Positions 37,601 to 51,065 of a stretch of 64,000 nucleotides of DNA are shown here, piece by piece. The stretch covers positions 42,222,001 to 42,286,000 of the forward strand of contig OZ241826.1 in NCBI GenBank assembly GCA_965202585.1. Reading direction: 5' to 3'. The position numbers were made by a program, and so were the translations under genes. How positions within the stretch are numbered: position 1 is the first letter of the stretch; the number at the start of each line of letters is the position of its first letter. Source of the DNA: Thalia democratica. Lineage: Eukaryota. The notes under the pieces were generated by a model that had not been told where the DNA came from, searched no databases, and saw nothing but the letters and a program-made list of their open reading frames with translations.

Positions 37601-40600
37601 GTGTTGACAAGTGTTGCCTTTTATTTATTCAAGGAAAACGATGAAAAACGGAGATAAATGTTGAAACGTGAAGTAAGAAAAGTAACACTTCACCTTGGCA
37701 TTCAATTTTTTTTTGAAAATTAAGAAAAGCTAATATATATACAAACGCAACGTTTTAATTTTAAAATATGAAACAAACAGCACAGAGTTTTTTATTTTAG
37801 TTATTAAAACAACTATAAGGTTTTAAATGTATAAGTAAAAAGCTTTAATTAAGCAAATTTAACATTTGTTGATTTTTTTTTTCAAAACTTTAACAAATGC
37901 TAGTACATACATTTTGCTAAAAAATGGTAATCTCAATTTATTTAACTAATACAAATATGCTTGTATACTATCTAATTTCGTCCAATTTGTTAAAACAAGT
38001 TTAAATAACATTTGATGTAGCACTAAAACTATACTTTAGTCAATACGTTTTATTCTTTGTTTTAAATTAAAAAAAAACAGCGAACACTGCTAATCAAAAC
38101 TCAAAATATTTCTCATCGTAGTTAAACTTTCAAAATTTGCACAACAACTGTTTCAACTTAATTTAAACGATGGGAACTTCCAAAAAATTAAAACAAAACA
38201 ACCCAGGACCTGTTCCTTTTGGTTTTGATGTTGAAAAATTTATTTTGAAAACAATCACCTGGACATACGAAAGCTCAAGGTTAAGTGCTCGCAGAACTAA
38301 TTACTCGATAGCAACCATCCGAACACGTGTTGCAGTATTTTGGCTGCAGCCCGAAGTTTGTTTAAGCATCTAAATATTTCAACATTTAATTGCCTGCTCA
38401 GACTACAAAGTCAATTGCTGCTGATGTTTGTTTAAGAAATAGCACTCTGGTATTGTTGCAATGTAATATACAAGTTCATTATATAAATTTAGATTATAAA
38501 AGCGCAGAGTACTTAGCAGTTCTTTAGATTTATAACGCAATTTTGTTCCTCTACTGAAAACAAACAAATTAAGTGTTTTGAAGTAAGTACACTTAACTTG
38601 ACAATGAAACTTGTTAAGCTTTTTTAAAGCTATTTAACGGTTTTTAAATTACCACTAAAACTTTAAATTATCACTTTTAATACTAAGTATATTTATCTTA
38701 GAAAAATACAAAATTAGGCAGTTTTGTAAAGGTTTGACTTTGAGGTAACTCTTACAAAAAAAAGTTATATTCCTAGAAATAATATTCAAACTTCATGTTA
38801 TAGATACAAGATTCTTTATAATAAAATTTTTAATGTATTTTTTATAAGACTATTTAAGGAAATAAAAGATGTAGCACAATCTAGTTTATACGTTAAAAAA
38901 AAAAAAAAACTATAGATAGCTTATCATTTTATCAAGATAACACTTTAAAATTAATGTTTTGGGTAAAAGTTCATCTCTTTTGTGTATACTCTTTTATATA
39001 AAAAAATTACACCTCTTGTTTAGTAAGTTTTAACAATTTTTACTGAATACATTTGAAAAAAAACCTACGTAAAAGTTAAGTTTGATAACAGATTTGCTTA
39101 GTTTAAAACTTTATACAATGTAATGATATGGTTTAATGGTAACTTGTTTTTTTAAGTTCTAATCCCAAAATTTTGATCTAATATTATTTTAGTTCCACTT
39201 GTCATTTTATTAACTCAAGCAAACTTATTATGCAACACAATGGTGCAACTAAACAGAGAGAAACTTATCAATTTACCTAACATAGTCCATATACGTTTTT
39301 TAAGTGTTTTATTTTTCCATAACCTTTAAACATTTACCATAAACCGTAAACATTATAATTAACTAAAATTAAACTAATATTTTTATCTAAAGCTTGTATT
39401 TTTTAGACTAACAAATGCTTTGCTTAAATACAACTTGCCCAGAAAGTACTTTAAAACTTTAAACAACATAAAAAATAAAATAATTTACAATAATAGTACA
39501 ATGGTTAAATGACTATTTTTTTTTCAACTTAAATATGTAAAGTTGTGAATTTTAAGAAGAAGGTAACAATTTAACCAACATAAAACATTTACAAAACCAA
39601 TAGAATTTTTTTATAAAGAAAAAATAGTAAAAATACAACTAATTTGTCCTAAAATTTAACTTTGTTAAAAAAAAACGAACAGTAAGTAAATATAAAAAGT
39701 TTTTTTTTTTTTGATTTTCCGTTATATAGTGTTCATTAGAAATATAATGTAATAATCATATGACACTGACGACAATATAATGTTTCATGCCTTAATTCTT
39801 AAAAGTTTAAAGCTTAAACTTTAGGCTTAAAAAGAGAAATAATAGATGGTGCGACAACACATAAAAACTTCACACACAAAACAATTACTCATTTACAAGT
39901 AAACATTACAAACTGTAACTAGCGATATTTCATCAGTTAAACAAAGAAAACTCCTCAGCGAAAAATGCACTTATGACGTCACAATGTGCGTCACCAAGCG
40001 TCACAGGTGTCGAATCGTAAAGATTGATTCTGATACAACTGTTATTAAAATTCAAATAAACAATTTTTTTTCCAAGTGTGTCATGTTGGATACAAGAATT
40101 TTATGTAAAAAATTAGGAACTTATTTTTGTATTAATTATTTTGAAGCAACGGATATAAAATACAGAACTTTAAGGAGTATCTAAGGAAAGAAATATCTAA
40201 GAAAATTTTAATATTTGAAAAATAACATTGCGAAACTAAGAATTTGTTCTGTTTTTGTAGCAATTATTATTTAGACCAAAGAACAGTGCTTTGTAGCACT
40301 AATCATACTATAAAGCAACTTCGAATAAATAAGACTCCTTACCATACCTATCTAAACTCAAAATACCATTAAATCACTTTTAACTATTTAATTTACTGTA
40401 AAATTCCTTCATGAGCTTACACGATTTTGAGTTTATTTAAACAAAAAATTTGGAAAAATTCGACGTTTTTAAAATGGCGACAGCGCGCGTTAAGAGATTT
40501 GTTTTTGTAAACATAAACGAATTGGCCACAGACGAGTACTAACTGCGATGCTGAGGTATGAACTGCAAAAAACCCATGGTTTGTATTTTCAACTGCACGG

Positions 40601-43114
40601 TTGATTAAAACTTTCCCTCATCTATGCTTTCGCTATCCTCGGCTTTTGAAAATTGTTTTTAAACAATTGTTACTTAAAAAGAGTATATAAAATCTTATTA
40701 TTTTTGATTTTTAGTATACTTTTTAGGAAACTCAATATTAATTTTTCAAAAAAGAAAAAGTTGAAAGAAAAGTTTACACAAAAATAATAAAACCGTGATG
40801 TTTATATAAAATTAACTCTTAAAATAAATCTAAAAATGCCTATATAAAGTTAGTAGCTATTCAAACTCTATTATTAAAATGAGTATTTGTTCTTGTAAGA
40901 CTTTGAAAAAATTAACCCGAACTACTTTGCTACAACTAATGTTTTCCTTTATTGTATATTTAGTGTTTGTCTGGTCGTTTATACCACTAAGGTTTAACAT
41001 AACCAAAGCGAAAAACTAAAATAGTCACTTGTTTATACAACGACCTATAAAATTTTTGAAAAAAAATATTTTTTAAATACTATTACTAAACTTGACTGAG
41101 AACTTTAAAGCTACTTAAACATACTACTTTTTACAAAAAACAATGGAAATTTTAAAGCTTTCAGTTTGTTTTATTTTTATCATTATGTATCTTTATATGC
41201 AAGTTTAAATTTGTTGATGATAAAATAACTTTAGTAACATAGAAACATTTAGTTATAGGGTAAGTAAGGCTATATCAAAAAAAAACATTCGGACTAAAAC
41301 CGATGTTAAAAATTCAGTCACTCAAGACTTTGTGTATTGGAAATAAAAACACAAATTTGTAATAATAAAGAGAAACTAAGCTTTTGTGGGTTTTAAATAA
41401 ACCTACACAGTCAGTAAATTAGAACCCTACCCCTTTTAAATGGCCACTTATCAAAACAAAGCTCTTTTTGTAATGTATTCTTAAAAGACTAGACTGAATA
41501 AAATGCTTTTTTAGCTTTTTTTCTCAGCGGTTTTGTAGCTTTTCGAATTTGTGTATCTGTAAAACAGGCGTCATGCTTTTTTAACAATAAATTAGTTTTA
41601 GCCTTTTATCAAAAGTTGATTGAAAATGTTTTAAAGTTTTCAAAAAAAAAAAAAGAACAAAGCAAAAAAACAAACAAGTTTATTATCTAAAAATTTTATT
41701 TTTTATTAGTTTTGATATTAGGTTGATTTCGGCTTCCCTACACATTTGTAATTCACAATGCTTATAATTTTGTTTAAACACAATCTGCTCTTTTAAAACC
41801 CAAAAAGTATCTAAAAATAATTTAAAGCATAAAACAACACTTTGTTATGTAAAACAAAACAGCTCACAGTAGCTAACTCACGAAACAAAAGCTCGGCGGC
41901 CGCAATTGAAACTTCGTCCCTCGCTCAAGTCGCTTTCCACTGAATGATTAATCATGATAAATGAGCTTTTCCCCACCAGACAGCCTGGGAAGGTAGGCGA
42001 GCGCTCCACGTCGCCGCAAGTGGTCGAGCTGAAGCACTTTTAAAGCACTCTCTGCGTTTCAACGAGGGTAGCAATAGGGGGGTGCACTTGGCAGTGATTT
42101 CTCGCATATTGCATGTTATTCTCTGCCTGTAACTTTCAGTCGAGTTTTTTTTGAAACCAATGTCGGCTTGCTTTCCTAATGAGAAGTTATTAACTTTTTT
42201 GGTTTGGTAACACTTTTGGAATGGGTTTTGTCGGAAGTGTTAATATGTGCAAACGTCAAGTGGTAACATTGAAGCTTTTTTTCTAAAGTACACTGAAACG
42301 CTTTAACAAGTATTCACTGTGCTTTAGCCTTATTAAAAAATAAACAAATGTTTCATTTTTAGTAAAAGCACGAAAGAAAGTGTTAGTTTAAATACTTTTT
42401 AAAAAAGTTTAATAATAACTAATACTCTAAGCCACAAGTGAATTGAGTTCAAGTTTGAAAAGGGTTGATTTGCTTATAAAAACAGTCAAATAAAAAGTTG
42501 TCTTTAAACAATATCATGAGTGAAAAATTATCAATACAGTGTTGAAAATATAATTTTGAAGTTTAAAAACTGCACGTCAACTTTTTATAGCACTAAAATA
42601 TTCTACTGCATTGGGTGGTCTGTTTTAATACTTCTGAAAGCTTTTATATGCGTTTATACCGTAATTTAGTGTTGAACTTATAGTCAACGTTTTGAATATC
42701 TTGTTAGCTTTTATAATTGAAGGTTCAAATTTAATGAAAAACAATTTTTATTAGCTATCGATAAGTAACAGTTTAAAGTTACAGTTTATGCAGCACAAAA
42801 ACATTTAAATTTATACATTAATATTAATATTATAAACACAGTCCAAACAAAACATTCAAATTTAAATAAACAATTAGTACTTAAACTAATAATCCATATT
42901 TTGAGTAATAACCTGTTATTTTTGTTCAAGACTCCAAAAAATAAAGTTTTCCTTAAAATACACTTTAAGGTTATGACTTAAATAACTTTTTAAAGTTTGT
43001 ATCGTGAACTAGATACAATATAAGAGTTTAGTTAGCTTTTAAACTTAGTACTGTTTAGTAAAACCTTGAATGTAAAAACAGTGTTTTGTTAAAAGAATTG
43101 GTTACATGACAATT

Positions 43115-43505
43115 CAAATTCGGACTACTCAAATTCTGATAATTCAAGTTCTTAAAAAAATACTTAAAAGAATATATCTCAAAAAGAAATACAAATTTGA
43201 AAAAAATAAAAAATACATATGTAGATATTATTAAAGTCTACAAGCCACTTTTTGTTTTTTGCAAAGTCTTAAATATTATTAGAGATATTTTAAAAATACT
43301 AAAAATAACTATGTTTTTTACTTTTTTAAGCCATTTTTCAAAAAATATTTAATGTTTTGCAAGAAGAAAAAAAACGGCTTTTAGATTTTAATAGGACCTA
43401 CATATGTCTTTCTTATGTTTGACAAACATACATTACTATTTTAGTTGTGACCCTTTCAAGTTTTTTATAAGAATTTAAATTATCCGAACTTGAATAGTCG
43501 TGCAC
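43115..43505. mobile_element. Possible decayed MITE (~31-bp imperfect TIRs)
   Basis: gactactcaaattctgataattcaagttctt vs the reverse complement of aagaatttaaattatccgaacttgaatagtc (5 mismatches). No TSD seen. Confidence 0.35.
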
Positions 43506-44479
43506 CCAAAGAACCAATCAATATAAAGTAAAAGTGTTAGAAAGTGTCATGCAGATAATCAAACAAATTAAAATAATATTTTTTAATCGAAACAGTAGTT
43601 TTGTAAAAGTAGTTTTATAATATATTTCTTAATAAGAAACTGTTATTCAAAATTTATCAAAATCTAGAGTCGTACAATTTCATTTTAGTGTTTCATTATT
43701 AATTTTCAAATAATCAAAACAAAATTTGTATAAATTTCTCAAATTCGTCCGGGACAGAGTCAATTTATTACTTGTGAACTTTTTACTTTTATTTACTTAG
43801 TTGCATGAATGTGTTTCAGTTCTTTTAGTTTAATTAAGTTCACTGAGGACGGACTGTTGTCTGAAAGCGCTCTGAACTTAATTAGTATGCATTAAACTTG
43901 TAGATTATTTGTAACAAATAATCAAAACAAAGATATTTTATTTTTAAAAATAAAAGGTTTCCAGTAATTAAAGATAAAAAAAAAGTTTCAAAAAATTAAA
44001 ACTAAAAAAAGGTTTCTAATAAATAAAAATGTGAAAAAAGTTTCAAAGAATAACAACCGAAAAAAAGTTTTAAATAAAAAAACAGAAAAAATCAAATAAT
44101 AAAAACAGAAAGCAACGTTTACACAACGCTAATTACATCAAATATCTTTTATAGTTTTAATATTTAAAAAAATGTATCGTGAAAAAATACAATTTCAAAG
44201 AAAAGTTAGTATATTAAATTATTACTATTTAATACAAATATAAGTTAAAACAATGTTTAGTTAGAAAGAATTAATCGATCCAAAGTGTTAATAAGTGTTA
44301 TGAAAATAATCGAAAAATAATGTTTTTTGTTACCTTAAACAATAGTTTATTTAAAATTAGTTTTATAATACATTTGCTCATGAGAAACTTTTAGCAGACA
44401 TTTCTCAAAACCTAAAATTTTTACAATTTCTTTTGCTGTGCTTTAATAATAATATCTAAAAAATCAAAACATACATTTT

Positions 44480-44870
44480 GTTGTTTGGAAAAAGTTTCAA
44501 ATAATCAAAACAGACAGCACATAGCAAATTACAGCAAGCCATGCCTGAAGCGAATCGAATTACCAGTAATTGCATCACCGCTTTCTCATCACCTGCTAAT
44601 TTCATCACCCACTGACGTCACAGCGGCTGCATGCCAGTACCCACCACGTTGCCATGCCAACTCGGTCACGGCCCGTCGCGCACGTGAAAGGCATTGTGAC
44701 GTCAATGGGGTGTTCATGACAGGCCGGTTTTCCCACCCTTCAGCCCCCTTAATTTTGTTGCTAGGTAACAACGTGCGTAACAACGATTGGGTGAGATTTG
44801 TAAATGTTTGCGTTTTTATTTGGTGTAAATGTCAGGGAGCAGTTGTTTGCACAAGAGTCTGAAAGAAAAA
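44480..44870. promoter_or_regulatory. Candidate cis-regulatory module: 2 CRE palindromes, 2 X-boxes, E-box
   Basis: TGACGTCA at 44613 and 44697, GTTGCCATGCCAAC at 44648, CACGTG at 44681, GTTGCTAGGTAAC at 44757. Confidence 0.5.
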
Positions 44871-44937
44871 TTTGAAAAGGCAAACATCGTGAAGTTATTT
44901 AATTGCAAACCAAGCAATAACAGTCATATAAAAAAAA

Positions 44938-45328
44938 AAGTTCTAGTATAAAACACTTAAAGTTGTTTTAAAGTATTTTAAAATGTATTGAAACTAAAAT
45001 AATGAATGAGTTGAATGAACAACTTGCTTAATTAAGTTACAAATTAAAAATTAATATAGGTGTATAGATTAGAAAAGTTCTAGTATAAAACATTTAAAGT
45101 CTTTTTTTTTAAACTTATAAAACCACTAAACTTAAATAATGAATAAATTGAATGAGTTATTTACCTAATTAAGTTACAAAATTTTAAATTAATAACAGTT
45201 ATATAGAAAATAAAAGTTCTAGTATTAAACATTTAAAGTTTTTATTAAAATTTATAAAAATATTAAACTTAAATTATGAATAAATTGAATGAGTTGTTTA
45301 CTTAATTAGGTTACGAAATTTAAAAGTT
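44938..45328 (+). repeat. Three imperfect ~138-bp tandem repeats
   Basis: aagttctagtat...ttgaatga...taatta(a/g)gttac units start at 44938, 45075 and 45214. Confidence 0.8.
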
Positions 45329-48300
45329 TCTTTGCATGGTTGTTAAAGAAATCAATTGGAAAATAACCTTCACACACCAAACTAATTGCTCACAAGACGT
45401 TTTTAAAAAGAATTTGCTTTTGTTAAAAAATTGAGTAGTTTTAAAGCAAGTTGTTTCTATATCTATAAAAAAAAAAAACAATACTTGAACTAAGTTGTAT
45501 CTTACATTCACATAAAAGTGTCCAGAAACCATAAGCTTGAACTACAAAATTAATATGTTATGTAAACTTTTAAAGATATCAATTGTTACTAGTTAATTTT
45601 GATAGTTTTATATAAATGTAAACTCTTAAAAAAAGTTTATTTCCATGAACGTATGGTGTAGATTGCAATAAAAATGGCAAATTAAAGTAAAGCTAAGTTT
45701 TTGTAATAGTCTAGTAATTTATTATATAAGTTTCCCTATCTAACTTTAATAAAAAGCACAAAATAAGTCTTATCACCATTTGTAAGGTTTACTGTATGTA
45801 TTATTTGTGTACATACTTATAAACTTTAACTGTTTAAAATAGTTTAATCGTAAGGTTTATTATTAAACACGACTATAACTTTAATTGAAACAAGGATTAA
45901 ACAACATTCAAGACTCAACATTTTTGTATTTACTACTGTAGGTGCTGGAAAAAATATACGGTAAAATAAAGTATGCTATATAAAAACTACCAGTTATTTC
46001 AATAAGTAAATATACCATACCCCAATAATAAAGTTGTGACGAATACAAAGAGTCTGTACTCACTGATGGTGGCCTTGTGCAGCTTTTATAATCCAAACAA
46101 TGAGCACGGTTGATGGATTGATCGTGATGCAAGAAAGACTCACTGTTATATTCTTAATAAAACAGCAGTGACATTATTGGTTTTACTTCAGGGTTAAAAA
46201 AAAAACAAAGTGTTGTTAGATTGGTAAAGTAAAGGTACAACAAAATATGTTTTGGTTATAATAATAAACAAGTTTAAAATTTGAAGTTAAGTAAAACTTT
46301 AAACGACTACCAGTTGAGGTCTTCAGCCACACAAAAGATGTTTTACTTTACTATAAAAGGTAATTTCAAATGCATACAAAACACTTTTTATTCTCAAAAT
46401 GTATCAATTAAGATTTATCAGCACCTAAGCACTTCAAAAGTCGTTTATGAGCGTGACCGTAGCCTGCCGTCTGACCGCAATTTATTCAACTAGTTTTATT
46501 TAGCATTAAAACAAAACTTATCAGTTTCCGCGCTCGATCTCGCTTTGAAACGATCGCTAATTGCTTATTGGGAGGAATTACGAGGCTTACGTCGGAACGG
46601 GCAGACTTTCAGGCAGCACAAGTCGGACCGTCAACAGCAAACAATCATCTCAGAACTTTTGGCACCGAAAGGCTTTCGCATCAACTTTTGATGAGGGGAA
46701 ACTTCGGCGCATCTCGTTTTATTTCACAACAAACAAAAGTTTTGGCTTGGAGCTGAAATTTTCAGTTTCCGCACGTAATGGGAACACTGTGCACTTTTTA
46801 TACAAATTGCCTGTTGATTTTAAAGAATATAAAGAAATGCATGTACTGTTTTTTAGTCCATGAACCATTAACTTTGAAAAGATACCCCATTTGACTTAAA
46901 TTTTTTAACGTTTGAATTTTGCATATTTGCACTTATTGATAATTTATAAATGTTTTTTTTTGTTCTTTTTAAAATAAACTACTTGGTGTTATTAAAATTG
47001 TATTAAGAAAAGTGTAAGCAAAAACTGAACTAGATAAATAACGTTTTAAAAAAATATTTTTGTTGTCATTTTGTTATACTTTAGAATATAAACATATGTC
47101 AGACTCGTGTAAACTGTTTTCTTGGCAATTAATTTCCATTTTTTTGACTACTTTAAAGTTTTGAAAAACAATATATCACTACTATATTTGTAATAAACTA
47201 CGTAGTCTTTGTATCAAAAAATACAATCTATTATTAAGATATGAAGTTTACATTCAAAAGTACATTAATTTAGAAACGACTAGTTTAATATCAAAATGAT
47301 TTTATTAAAATTTAAGAACTAAACATATTTAAAAAAAGTTTTCTTAAATTTTAACCAAAAAAATTTTTAATCAAAAGTTTAACTTTAAATTTTATAAACT
47401 ATGAGGGACAACAACGTAATACTTTAAAGAATGTTTTACAATATTTATAAATAAACTTGTAAAAACTTAATTTTGAAGAACCCAATGATTATTTTTGCAA
47501 GTATACTTTACAAAAAGCTATGGTAAAATATTTTCATAAATCATGAATTAAAAAAAAATAATGACATGATAAATTAATTGATAATACTTAAGTGAGCACT
47601 TGCACCACCATGGGGATATAATATAATCAAAATATCGTTTACATTTCAATTTCAACAAAATTCTGTACTTGAAACTTGAACTTTGAAAACCTTCAAAGTT
47701 TTATAAATGCTCTTTAATTCATAAATACATAAAGAATATAAAACAATTGTTTTTAAACAACAATACACTGCTTTAACAATGTAAAAAATGTATTCATAAA
47801 GTGTTTCTCTTTAAACATATGTGATTTTAGCTTTTACTTTATAGATACAATTCTTTAAAATCTCAAAGTTTTAAATAAGTTTCTAAAAAAAACAATACGT
47901 ACTTTAACTTTCTATAACCTCTTTTATTAACATACTCGTTAGTTGCTAAAAAAGCAACTAAATTCTGCTGCGATTTTGAAAAAATACCATTTTTTACAAA
48001 CAAACTTGTTTTTATTAACAAGGCCAACATTCTATTAATATTTTCACCTTAAAATTTTTTTATTTAAAGTTAAACTAGCAACCGACGCGTTTTCAACCCT
48101 TTTTTAAATAAGAGCCCTTACCCGGAAAACCCAATTACCAAATCAAATAATCACTCGGGTGTCAGCCTTCACAAAAACAGCACTTTCGTTGAGTTAACAT
48201 TCAAACTCACAGTCAAGTGCAGCAACTTCAAAGCCCAACTTGTTTTTGTTGCGAGCGCCAATTTCGAGCTGCAATTTTGGGATTAACCCCGCCGAGTGCC

Positions 48301-50989
48301 CCGCTTAAAAGGCCTTTGAGTTTTTTACTGGAAGCCGAGGCCTTTCGCGGGTCCAAAAATACTTTTTATTAACAGCTAATTCGGCTGTTTTTGTTTCGTG
48401 TGGTCTGTGAACGCCTGCACGCTTTGTAAAAGATACTTTTATCATATATTTAGTTTGATAAAATATTATTTTCGATAAGTCTGAAATTTTTTAGAAAAAA
48501 CACTGTTAAAAAATTTTCAGAACTTCAAACTTATTTTACATGATGGGTGTACAAAACTATAAAGTTGTAATAACTTATAGTTTACTGGTTACGTTACAAC
48601 TTGTTAAATATATTTTAATTAGTGCATATGTTTATACAACTATTTATATGAGGTAAAAAATACAAAGTTGTTCATTTTTTTTAAACTATTGAAAACTATA
48701 ATGATGTTTGTATAAAGATACTAAAACAGTTAAACTAAATTAACCTTTTTTTATTTTTAAAAAATATTTAATTTGTAATTAAGCTAGTTTATATGAAAAC
48801 ATTAAAAAAATATTGCAAATATTCTTTTTCCAACTATAAATTTTTGTATAAAGTTGTTGTACTACTTGTATCTTGTTTTAGCATAAAGTACTAAAGTCGA
48901 TGCAAAGGAAAAAATAACTTAAAATTTTTAATTTCCTTCATCAAAACAAGTAGTTGTGTCTGAATGAGCATAAAAGTTAATTGTAGAGAAATAAACTTCA
49001 AAAGCTTTGTTTATGGTAATTAGTGTTCGTACGAAATTAAACGGATATAGCTATGTTTTGTTTATGCAAAAATAATAGCTAAAAAAACGCAAAATAAAGT
49101 ATAATAGCCTAAAGAGTTATTCTTTAATTTCTTAATAAAACAAAACTGTGCTAAAACTATTATTAAATAAAGTTTTCTGTAGTTTGTGTAGACTTATTAC
49201 TTTATACTTTTCACTTTTTAGAATGATTTTTATTGTGCTTGATTTTTACTTTAGTTAACATAAAGAAAAACTGTCAACATTTTGGTATTACTATAAATTA
49301 TCTTAAAAATAAAATAAAAAAAAAGGAAAATTATAAAAGTATGTTAGAAATAGTTACCATAAAATTACTTTAAGCCTAATCAGTTAAAATTTTCAAAATA
49401 TATGTTAAAGGTTTTATTTTAGATTTTACCATACTTTGTAACATTTCCAAATTTACTAAAAATAGAAAGGTGTTATATAAACTTTTAAAGAAGATGTAAT
49501 GAGCATAATTCATCAACATTACTACCATAGAAGTTGGTGATACAATGCGGTATATATATTTTTTTTTTTGAATTGTGATTTATACTTTATTGAAGTAGCC
49601 ATACATCTGTTCGAAACACCCACACAAATTACAAAACCTCTTTGCTTTAAAAAAAAATACAAACTTTTAGTTCTAAAAGACTTATTAACTTTAAAAAAAA
49701 GTTACAAGTTTTAGACATGCGAGGCACTTTAGACACTGAAAGTACATCTCACCGGAAATATGCGTTGAGACACACTAAAGTTGCTGCACAAAAGAAATTA
49801 GCTGGCGGTTTCGCAAAAGTTGATTGTAATTTATCGCGTGTCATTCATCACACCAGCGATTTGTAATTAGCCAGCGCTTGTTGCGTGTAAACAAGTTGAA
49901 AAAATCATTGAAAAAAAACATCGCTACCGGAAGCCTTTCAGCTTCTAAGTGTGTATTGTGTACGCACACCGAGACGCCTACCGGTCTCACACAATCGTAA
50001 TTGGATGTTTTGTATTAATTTGTTTTGTGCGACTTGTGTGCACCAAACACGATTGTTCGAGACGAGAAACATTCAGCGAGGTTTTTGAAGCGAAGGCGCG
50101 ATAGACTTTTGTTTTGTAAACGGGCACACTTTTAAACCGTCTAACAGAGCTAGACTCTTTTCGAGAATAATGGTATTTTTTTGTTTTGGCAAAAACAACC
50201 GGTCAAAGGTATTTTGTAATAATTTTGTTAATAAAAACGGAAGAGAAAAAAAAACATTCTATTTACCCATACTTTTTACTTTAAAATCGAAAAGTTGTTA
50301 AATAACTTTTACTACATAGCTTTTATTTTAAAATTTATGAAATTAAAACTATTTACTAATTTCAGTTGTTTTATTTTTATTTACTGACTTGATGTATTAA
50401 CTTATGTTATTTTGTTTTAATCTGTTTATATAGTTTTTAAAACAAACGTTTTAAGTTTGATATTTAGTTTATTATAATAGCAATGCTTTGTCGAACCTTA
50501 TGATAAAATATTTTAAATGTTTTCAACCTAAAAAAAAATATTCATGTTTATATCCTACGACAAGCTCTAATTGGTATTTAAGAAGGCAATTATATATAGG
50601 AGTTGAAAAGAAGTAAAAAATTAAATACAGAAAAACACAAATTAATTTATACATTATACGAAAATTTTAGCTAATATGAGTAAAATTGTTGTATGTACTA
50701 CTATTTTATAAAAGCTAAAAAAGTTATTTAGATGCTAAATGCTTTAGTTTTTTAACCTTTTGTGTAAATTATATTCTGTAGTATGGTATATATATTTCTT
50801 TTTTTCTTTTTTACTGTTCCTAAGGTGCTTAAAATTCACATACTATAATACACCTCAAGTTTTTTTGACCAATAATGTATTAAAACTAACCAAACACGCA
50901 ACTTCATTCAAACACAAGTATTTTGTAAAATAAAGTTTATTTGCTTGTAATACACATCAACGTCACGGAAACACAAAATTTGGCGACTT

Positions 50990-51065
50990 TGATTGATCAC
51001 TGGGTTGGCGGTGACCCGCAGACGGATGGCGTCGCCAGTAGTGACGTTGCCTAGCAACCAAAACA
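50990..51065 (+). promoter_or_regulatory. Duplicated 76-bp conserved non-coding element, copy 1 (X-box GTTGCCTAGCAAC at 51046)
   Basis: 64/76 identical, ungapped, to 56984-57059, with dissimilar flanks. Confidence 0.6.
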
